Below the pieces are notes generated by a model that saw only the letters and a list, made by a program, of their open reading frames with translations, had not been told where the DNA came from and did no database searches. Source: a virus (lineage: Duplodnaviria > Caudoviricetes). Taken from it: DNA of 63,682 nt. The stretch is taken from positions 1 to 63,682 of the IMG/VR virus record IMGVR_UViG_3300020121_000104. One strand, 5' to 3'. The first letter of the stretch is position 1, and each line of letters starts with the position of its first letter. Positions 57,267 to 63,682 of this stretch are shown here, one piece after another. Made by a program: the position numbers and the translations under genes.

Positions 57267-57381
57267 CTCGGAAATGCCTGTATGACGCCGAGCCGCAGCC
57301 CGGCTCTGAGCCTTAACTCGGGCAACACGTTGCGCAGCGTGATACCGGAGACGGTGGATAGGGCGATGGCGCGGAGGCGCG

Positions 57382-57567
57382 TCATACGAGCTTCAGTCCC
57401 TTGTCCGCAAATACCTTCTTGAGCGCTGCCGCCCACTCTTCATCACTATGGATGAATGGTCCGACCTTCGCGGCTTTCATCTCGTCAAGCATTCCGGGCG
57501 GCAGCGTGGTGGGATCGCGCGTGCATTTGGCAATGTGATCCAATTCTGCTGGACTCAGTTTTATCAT
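57382..57567 (-). CDS. Hypothetical protein
   Basis: ATGA coupling. Confidence 0.5.
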   Translation of the reverse strand: MIKLSPAELDHIAKCTRDPTTLPPGMLDEMKAAKVGPFIHSDEEWAAALKKVFADKGLKLV

Positions 57568-57854
57568 GCCGCCTCATTGGGATCAGTCGTCCATTTCGAT
57601 TCCGGCCGCAGCTCCCCGACCCAGGCATTCACATTTGCCACAATCTCGTCTGCATCGGCCTCGCCGAGTGGGGTTTGAGTGACCACGTTCGCGCGCCTGG
57701 CGCCGCAGGAAAAGATGATCCCGGTATCAATGCTCTGATCGGGATGCTCAATGCGATAGAAATTGACGGAGGCGCCGATGTTGGCGAGGCGAGGATTGAT
57801 CAGGCGGGCGAGGGATTGGAGGGAGGCGTCGGGAGGACGGGGGATGGGCTTCAC
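57564..57854 (-). CDS. Hypothetical protein
   Basis: GTGA coupling. Confidence 0.6.
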   Translation of the reverse strand: MKPIPRPPDASLQSLARLINPRLANIGASVNFYRIEHPDQSIDTGIIFSCGARRANVVTQTPLGEADADEIVANVNAWVGELRPESKWTTDPNEAA

Positions 57855-58219
57855 AGCGCTGGCGTCTCATAGAAGCGCTGGCGCAGTGCAAAGCCCATGA
57901 GGGGCCATAGCTGACGGATTGCATCTTCATAAGCGAGCTTTGCACCGAGGGCAGCATTAAAATTCTCAGGAGAGGCTGGGGCACTCTTACCTATCACAAT
58001 AAATCCGTTCCTCATTATGAGGACGCAAACTGTCATGTGTTTTAGCAAGTCAGTTGCGCAAAATTTGGGTCGGCTGCCATTCTCGTTTGTCGGTCCCACC
58101 AATTGATCTGCGGTACCCCAGTATTTGCCCGCGATCGCCGCCTCGATATCCGATAGGCTCACCCGCGGCGCAATGGCGACGGCAGCACATTCCTTTTCAG
58201 TCGCTTCCAATGTCATCAC
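57851..58219 (-). CDS. N4 Gp49 / Sf6 Gp66 family protein
   Basis: TVCVLIMRNGFIVIGKSAPASPENFNAALG..LAYEDAIRQLWPLMGF. Confidence 0.85.
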   Translation of the reverse strand: MMTLEATEKECAAVAIAPRVSLSDIEAAIAGKYWGTADQLVGPTNENGSRPKFCATDLLKHMTVCVLIMRNGFIVIGKSAPASPENFNAALGAKLAYEDAIRQLWPLMGFALRQRFYETPAL

Positions 58220-58231
58220 ATGACCTCACAT

Positions 58232-58450
58232 TCATGATTTCGGTTTCACTTCGCGAAAAAGATGTGACCCGCCGAAGATCACTTTGACACCTTTTCCGCT
58301 GGACGATACTCGGTAGAATGTTTTCGTCTTTCGGTCTATTGCACCGGCATGTCTCAACTCATTCACAAGACTGCGGTGACTCTCCCGCAAAACAGCCGTC
58401 GAGGCGCTGTTTAGAAAACTCAATAATTCAATGGCCTGTGGCGACATCAC
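58232..58450 (-). CDS. Hypothetical insert
   Basis: Starts at the duplicated terL end. Confidence 0.5.
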   Translation of the reverse strand: MMSPQAIELLSFLNSASTAVLRESHRSLVNELRHAGAIDRKTKTFYRVSSSGKGVKVIFGGSHLFREVKPKS

Positions 58451-58511
58451 ATCGTCTTAAAACTATCCATCGGAATCATTTCGCTCGGCGGCCGATAGCT
58501 GGCTTTGGCAT

Positions 58512-58742
58512 TCATTGGCCCGTTTTCTTGTTTAAATGTCTTTCATATACCCAAGCAGGATAAAATGATTTTAACACATCCTCCAGTTCAAAGTGGCACT
58601 TTTCACACAAATCAGCATCCCGAGTGCAGTGCACATTCGTATTCCCACGTTGGTCATTATATACCAAACTGTATCTTCGAATCGGAATTTCACTCAGCGC
58701 ATTACACCGGTCGCAGTAATGTTTGGTTATTGTTGCCATCAC
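58512..58742 (-). CDS. Zn-finger insert flanked by 54-bp repeat (58445-58498 / 58737-58790)
   Basis: YCDRC...DLCEKC. Confidence 0.7.
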   Translation of the reverse strand: MMATITKHYCDRCNALSEIPIRRYSLVYNDQRGNTNVHCTRDADLCEKCHFELEDVLKSFYPAWVYERHLNKKTGQ

Positions 58743-60355
58743 ATCGTCTTAAAGCTGTCCATCGGGATCATCTCGCTCGGCGTCCGATAGGCATCTCTTG
58801 GCGCTTCCGGAACGAGTTTTGTCTTAGTGTACGGCCGGCTCATCGCCGCATATCGCCAATCGTCACCGCAATGATCCTCGGCGTTGGTGTCCAAGTCTTC
58901 GGCGCGATGCGGATCGTGCTGCAACACAGGGATTGTGCGGATAGAATCAACGCACGTCGAAAAGCAGAATATCATCGGTTCGGGATCGGTCGCCGTGCCC
59001 GATCCGATCATGCGCGCCCGGAGCTGATCCCAGCCGCCCATCGGCCCGGCCTTGCCAGAGCCACCCATTCGCGTGACACGGGCGTTATCGGCAGGGCGGA
59101 AAGCCGGGATGCCTTTCTTGACCAGCTTGGCGTTGATGCGCTCGGCGATGGAGGGGCCGCCGTCTTCCTTGAATGCGCTGGGATCGAGGACGCCGTAAGA
59201 CAGCTTCGGGTCTTTTGCCTCCCGCTCTATGATGCGGTCCGCGACTTGCTCGGCGGTGAGCTTCAAACCCTTGTTGGGGCCTGAGGAAATATAGTCTTCA
59301 CGATAACGTATCAAGGATCCACGACGCAGCACGATACCGGCCTGTGCCGTGGCGCTGTCTTTGCCCCCTTCTCCAATTGTATCCAGGCATCTATCGGATT
59401 CGTAGTCATGATGTAATCGCCGCTTTCGAGGTCGATCACCCACAGCGGTGATTTCGAAATCATCCTGGACGACGGCCCACCATCCAATGCTGGCGGGAGA
59501 AGCCGAGCCCCAGTCACCGCTGCGAAAGCGCAGCCAATCCGATGGAATAGCGAACGGCGCGATAACGTGCCGGTCATTGCGCCAGCAGTCAAAGAATGCG
59601 CCGTCGACAACATCCCAGTCGCCGTACCGCATCGCCTTGACGAGAGCTTCCGAACCCAAACCTTCAAGGCGCTGTTCATAGCCGGGATCGTCCTGCATCA
59701 TGCTCGGATTGTCTTCCAACCGAGCGGGAATGAACTGGCGGATCATGCCACCTTCGGAGGCGGGCATCAAACGGGCGACCAAGGGCTGCACGCCTGCGAT
59801 GAATGTTTCCTTGACCCAAAGATGTCCGATGTTTCCTGGGTTTGCGCTCGCAAAGATGCGAGGAAACCGACCGGCATATTGAGGCGGTAGATCAATTCCG
59901 ACCATGCGGACGCGGTTGCGGAGGAATCGATACATCGTGGCCGAAAAATGCGTAAGCTCATCCATCAAGAGAACGTGAATCTCGGCACCCTGATAGCGAT
60001 AGATGTCCTTCTCATCTTTACAGTGGCAGAGATAAATCTTGCTCCCGTTCCAGAAACGAATCTCATCCTCGATGACCGAACAGAAGCCGCCGTTGGCCCA
60101 TCCTGCCAACAGCGCACGAAATCCGTTGGGGCCTTCCATGTGATTCTTGATCAGATCGAGGCGGCTGCGGCGGAACAGATAGATTTGCAGGCCGGGAATT
60201 GCAGCACCCCAGACGATGGCAGCAATACGCATGCACATAGATTTTCCGCCGCCGGCCGCGCCGCCGAATAGAACCTCTGTCGCTTTGGTCTCGAATGCGA
60301 TCCACTGCTTGGGATGCATATGCAAGTCAAGCGCGAGAGGGCGGCGGTTGCTCAT
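58739..60355 (-). CDS. terL: Terminase large subunit
   Basis: FGGAAGGGKS Walker A, LLMDELTHF Walker B, ANPG, SGDWG, EDHCGDDWRY. Confidence 0.95.
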   Translation of the reverse strand: MSNRRPLALDLHMHPKQWIAFETKATEVLFGGAAGGGKSMCMRIAAIVWGAAIPGLQIYLFRRSRLDLIKNHMEGPNGFRALLAGWANGGFCSVIEDEIRFWNGSKIYLCHCKDEKDIYRYQGAEIHVLLMDELTHFSATMYRFLRNRVRMVGIDLPPQYAGRFPRIFASANPGNIGHLWVKETFIAGVQPLVARLMPASEGGMIRQFIPARLEDNPSMMQDDPGYEQRLEGLGSEALVKAMRYGDWDVVDGAFFDCWRNDRHVIAPFAIPSDWLRFRSGDWGSASPASIGWWAVVQDDFEITAVGDRPRKRRLHHDYESDRCLDTIGEGGKDSATAQAGIVLRRGSLIRYREDYISSGPNKGLKLTAEQVADRIIEREAKDPKLSYGVLDPSAFKEDGGPSIAERINAKLVKKGIPAFRPADNARVTRMGGSGKAGPMGGWDQLRARMIGSGTATDPEPMIFCFSTCVDSIRTIPVLQHDPHRAEDLDTNAEDHCGDDWRYAAMSRPYTKTKLVPEAPRDAYRTPSEMIPMDSFKTM

Positions 60356-60540
60356 TTGCAGCCGTACTGTTTTGCCAAAAGATTTGCCAGATCGGCCAAG
60401 GCTCCATAAGGAGCACCGTACTTCAAGGGAACATCTTTCGTGTCGAGATTTTTATTTGTTTCGTCCACAACTTTTTGCGCCGCAGCTTGTAGCGCTTTCA
60501 ACTCTGCCAGCAACAGGTTATGTCTTCTTTCCCAATTCAT
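60352..60540 (-). CDS. Hypothetical protein
   Basis: Coupled to terL. Confidence 0.55.
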   Translation of the reverse strand: MNWERRHNLLLAELKALQAAAQKVVDETNKNLDTKDVPLKYGAPYGALADLANLLAKQYGCK

Positions 60541-60543
60541 CGG

Positions 60544-60789
60544 TTACGCTGTGGCTGCGTCCACATCCCGCTCACCGTCGAGCCCCGCGCTGTGCTTGGC
60601 GTGCGCCTTGTCCGAGATGCGGCCACGCTTGCGCATGCTGGCGACTCGTTTGTTCGCGACCGCGATGGCCATGCCTTCGTCGCCGCTGCGCTTCAAGATC
60701 GCATTCGCAATGGAGGCAGCCTTGGCGGCTCCGGCGCCGGAAAGCGAATGGTTGTGCCTTGCGCCAAACGTCTTCCCGGACCATGGCAT
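60544..60789 (-). CDS. Conserved small basic protein
   Basis: MPWSG..HNH...IANAILK..DEGMAIA. Confidence 0.65.
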   Translation of the reverse strand: MPWSGKTFGARHNHSLSGAGAAKAASIANAILKRSGDEGMAIAVANKRVASMRKRGRISDKAHAKHSAGLDGERDVDAATA

Positions 60790-60845
60790 TGGTGAATCCT
60801 CGCCGTTCGATTGCCTCAGAGGGGCGACGCCGAAGCCTGACATGC

Positions 60846-61244
60846 TTACCCATACTTCCGCGATGACGGCCCGCCATACTCCGGTCCCGAGCTGCGCAAG
60901 CCTGGCGATGTTCCGCCCAATCCCTGACGACCTACCGGCCTAGCGTTTTTTTTTACGCGGGCACCCGAGGGGAATTTCGGGTTCTGATCTTCCTCGATAT
61001 GGCCAGCGCTCGGCTGTCCGCCCTTGTTCACGCGGGCGCCCCTGGAGGGCATCGCCCCTGTGCGCTGCAAGGCGGGATCGTTAATGTGGGTTTTGATGCT
61101 CGGCACGTGCCCGCTTTGCGCCATTCGGGACGACTGCGCTCTCGTCTTGTTGAGAATGGCCGGCCTGCCGCCGCCAGCCATCTTGCCCATCTGCTTGCCG
61201 GAGATTGCGCCGCGACGGTAAAGCGACGTCATTGACTCGCCCAT
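60846..61244 (-). CDS. Basic disordered protein
   Basis: RRGAISGK motif resembles KRGRISDK in 60544-60789. Confidence 0.55.
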   Translation of the reverse strand: MGESMTSLYRRGAISGKQMGKMAGGGRPAILNKTRAQSSRMAQSGHVPSIKTHINDPALQRTGAMPSRGARVNKGGQPSAGHIEEDQNPKFPSGARVKKNARPVGRQGLGGTSPGLRSSGPEYGGPSSRKYG

Positions 61245-61256
61245 GTTAAGCTCCTG

Positions 61257-61541
61257 TTATTGAACGGCCGAGTAGTCCGCTTGTCCGAGCGAGGTCATCG
61301 CTGATGTCGCATTGAAGACGGAGACGGCTGGCGGCGATGCGGTGTTGCATGTCCAAGTCGGCCATGAGGGATAGTGCGGCGGCCAGTACCGATCGACGAA
61401 CACCGGATAGGTGGTGATCGCGCCGTCGATTTCCTTCACCCGCGCTTGGATGCGCGCCCATTGCAGTTTGGTCGGCGGTGCCTCGCCCATGTTTTCGGTG
61501 AAGCCATCGAACCAAGCCTTGAACTCTTGTAATGTCATCAT
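61257..61541 (-). CDS. Hypothetical protein
   Basis: MTLQEFKAWFDGF...PTKLQWARI. Confidence 0.7.
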   Translation of the reverse strand: MMTLQEFKAWFDGFTENMGEAPPTKLQWARIQARVKEIDGAITTYPVFVDRYWPPHYPSWPTWTCNTASPPAVSVFNATSAMTSLGQADYSAVQ

Positions 61542-61783
61542 CAGGCTCCTGTCCATTCGCGACCATCCTTGGCCGCATCATGATCAAGTTGAGTCTCGTC
61601 CTGCAACTGCTGCTGGATCGGATCGGGATAGTGTTCGAAGGGCCTCATGGCAGCGTCGAGCGTATCAAGCAGGACAATCCGCTTGTCATCGTCAAGTTCA
61701 TGTGTGAGCAGCGCTTTTACTGTCCGCGCCAGCGTTAGCAGCAGCGCAATATCCGGGGAATGGTCGTCGCGGTAGTCTGTCAT
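61541..61783 (-). CDS. Hypothetical protein
   Basis: ATGA coupling. Confidence 0.55.
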   Translation of the reverse strand: MTDYRDDHSPDIALLLTLARTVKALLTHELDDDKRIVLLDTLDAAMRPFEHYPDPIQQQLQDETQLDHDAAKDGREWTGA

Positions 61784-62463
61784 TCCGTCCACCATTTGCA
61801 ATGACGATTCGCCCTCACGAGCCCGCACACCTTCTCGCATGACGCCAGCTCGCCGCCGCCAAAATATCGGCAATCCTTGCATTCCCGCTCGCCGATTCCA
61901 TAACCCGCGGTGATCTTCGAAGCCTTAAAGGCGTCGAGCACACCCTTGGCGCGGAATATGCGCAGCAGTTCCCTGTCCCGTGGCGTCGGATCGTCGAGAT
62001 AGGGGCCGCACCACAGGTCGCGGGGCGGGTTCTCTGGATCACGCTTGACGCAGCGTTCCAGCGCCGGGCGGATGGCGGCTTCGTAGCGTTCGGGATTGAC
62101 GCCGAGCTGCTTGACGAATCTTTCCTCTTTTGCTGTCGCGAAGGCGTGGGCTGCGGGATAGGTATCGACCGGATTATCACCTGCGTCGATCGCCCATTCG
62201 GTGTGTTCGTGTTCAATAAAGGCTTGAAAGACCTGACGGCTGGTCATGCCGCGAATCGGACTGAGCCTCAGTTCTCGACAAAGCATCTGATCGATGTAGA
62301 CAGTTTTGCCGTCGACGCTCACGCCACCTGCGTAGGGAATATCATGCGATGTGTCGAGCTTGACCCTGGTTGCGTAAAGTTTCGCCGTGTCGGCTTCCCC
62401 GAGCATCTGGTAAAGCTCGGCATCGGATTTTTTCTCGTCGCCGTGAAGATGGCCGGTGCTCAT
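61780..62463 (-). CDS. Hypothetical protein with HExxE motif and C-terminal Cys cluster
   Basis: HDIPYAGG...VYID...EHEHTE...AHAFATAKE; CKDC..C....C. Confidence 0.7.
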   Translation of the reverse strand: MSTGHLHGDEKKSDAELYQMLGEADTAKLYATRVKLDTSHDIPYAGGVSVDGKTVYIDQMLCRELRLSPIRGMTSRQVFQAFIEHEHTEWAIDAGDNPVDTYPAAHAFATAKEERFVKQLGVNPERYEAAIRPALERCVKRDPENPPRDLWCGPYLDDPTPRDRELLRIFRAKGVLDAFKASKITAGYGIGERECKDCRYFGGGELASCEKVCGLVRANRHCKWWTE

Positions 62464-62539
62464 TTTGCCCTTTGTAACATCTGATGATCGAGCACAACAT
62501 CAAGCCGGATGATGTGGACTAAACAAGGGGAGACGAAAC

Positions 62540-62701
62540 ATGACAGAGATTCATCAACGCGCGCTGCGAATTTTGGTCTCTATGCAAGTAGCGGTGATCG
62601 AACATTGCGACGAAGACATTACAGTAACCGTAGCCATAAAAGCGCTTGAGGACTGCAACAGGGCTTGGCAGAAGATCGTCAAGGAACTCAGCAAGCTATA
62701 A
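62540..62701 (+). CDS. 53-aa counter-oriented moron (not in ORF track)
   Basis: RBS aaggggag; MTEIHQRALRILVSMQ...KELSKL. Confidence 0.55.
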   Translation: MTEIHQRALRILVSMQVAVIEHCDEDITVTVAIKALEDCNRAWQKIVKELSKL

Positions 62702-62711
62702 ATCAGTGTCC

Positions 62712-63248
62712 CTAAGCCGCCTCCGGCCGCCCGCTCAGATTGATCACCGGAGCCAATGGGGCTGCGTGATCGCCACTCGGATCGGTCTGGGCAATTTTGG
62801 CGGGAGCATCCCCGCCGAGCATCTTGCGCAGTTCGATGTGGGCGGCGAGGCGGGAAGTGACCCGAAGGTTCGGCTTGCCCTTTTCCGTAAACATGAGACC
62901 TTCGATCAGGGTGCGATCATCGGGGTCAATCTCGGCCCAGTCACGGAGCCGTGAACCATCCCAAAAAATCATGGGATCGTAGCGCAAAGCGCGCCATAGA
63001 TAGGCTTCAAGTTCCATCCGCTTTTCCGCAATGGTTTCCTCCGGCTGTCGCGTCAGCCAAGCAATGCGCGCCTGCACGTCACGACGCCTTTCGACCTTGG
63101 AACTTGCGCCGCTCGTTTCGGAAAAACCAGCAATTCGCGCCGCTTCTATCGGCTTGTGCATAAGAGCGCGAGCCCGCGCGTACCGCTCATGCGAGGCATA
63201 AGGAAGTGGATTGCTACCTTTGGTTTCTACAACCTCTGATTCCGACAC
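62712..63248 (-). CDS. terS: Terminase small subunit
   Basis: HERYARA...AARIAGFS...VQARIAWL HTH; first late gene. Confidence 0.75.
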   Translation of the reverse strand: MSESEVVETKGSNPLPYASHERYARARALMHKPIEAARIAGFSETSGASSKVERRRDVQARIAWLTRQPEETIAEKRMELEAYLWRALRYDPMIFWDGSRLRDWAEIDPDDRTLIEGLMFTEKGKPNLRVTSRLAAHIELRKMLGGDAPAKIAQTDPSGDHAAPLAPVINLSGRPEAA

Positions 63249-63605
63249 GAAATTATTCCCGACGATTCCGAATTGTGGCGACTTTGGTGCGCCCCCGATC
63301 GGGCCATCACATCCGACCGCTTGTTGGCGGAGGCCAGGGCGAACGTCCCGGCCGGTGCGCGGAAACGATGAGGGTTCCTTCCCGAGGCGTCACCCACAAC
63401 CAGCGTCCCCTGTGCGCCCAGGGGCAGAGCCTACTAACGGTCTCCGCTAAGAGATGGGCTCTTTCACATCAACGGCCGCGTTCGCCTGGCATTGGTGGAT
63501 TCCTTTTCAGCCCCTCGGCCAATTAAGGCCGCACAGGGCTTTGCGATCCTAGTCATGACCGCGGCGCATTTTGACCGACCCAATGGCACGGACCAAGAAT
63601 GCGCT
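63249..63605 (-). ncRNA. Highly structured late-operon leader RNA
   Basis: At least six stems including long-range 63333-63345 / 63479-63490. Confidence 0.55.
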
Positions 63606-63612
63606 GAGTCCG

Positions 63613-63640
63613 TCTTTACGCCTATTTGGACGGATTGCAA
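63613..63640 (-). promoter_or_regulatory. Putative late promoter TTGCAA-16-TAAAGA
   Basis: Upstream of the structured leader; overlapped by inverted repeat tccgtc / gacgga. Confidence 0.45.
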
Positions 63641-63682
63641 GGGGGAAGCGCAGCAGACTTGTGTGTATCATGCCCCGTTGGA

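Noticed and set aside
62480-62540. CTGATGA...GAAA hammerhead-like words
   Set aside because: No stem II pairing; better explained as promoter and RBS of the moron at 62540
63490-63515. Minus-strand ggggctgaaaaggaatcc resembles a tmRNA 5-prime end
   Set aside because: The ggggct is the 3-prime side of a local hairpin; no T-arm/CCA partner or tag ORF found

Overview
The window looks like one complete, circularly closable genome (about 63,671 bp; bases 1-11 equal 63672-63682 and an ORF reads through the junction) of a temperate short-tailed (P22-like gene order, N4-gp56/DUF4043-type capsid) phage. The host is probably an alphaproteobacterium (inferred from gene content). Layout: leftward early/replication operon (cro, MT-A70 methyltransferase, DUF5131, HNH, initiator, NusG paralogue); a cI/cro switch with six operators; a rightward operon ending in xis-int and attP; and a roughly 52 kb leftward late arm (terS, terL, portal, a 13.5 kb accessory structural block, scaffold, capsid, gp4/gp10-like, ejection proteins, tail fibre and spike, lysis) interrupted by an immI-like island at 17.7-21.0 kb. 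Most unusual signals: (1) at least nine single-gene inserts, each bracketed by a locus-specific 14-54 bp direct repeat that duplicates a gene end or ribosome-binding site; (2) six putative virion proteins with Sec-type signal peptides, several with paired cysteines; (3) a 130-nt tRNA-like RNA ending in CCA after the capsid gene and a roughly 350-nt structured late leader downstream of the NusG paralogue; (4) a QExPxHP repeat protein inside the portal-scaffold insertion. Family assignments come from motif recognition by eye; no searches were run.
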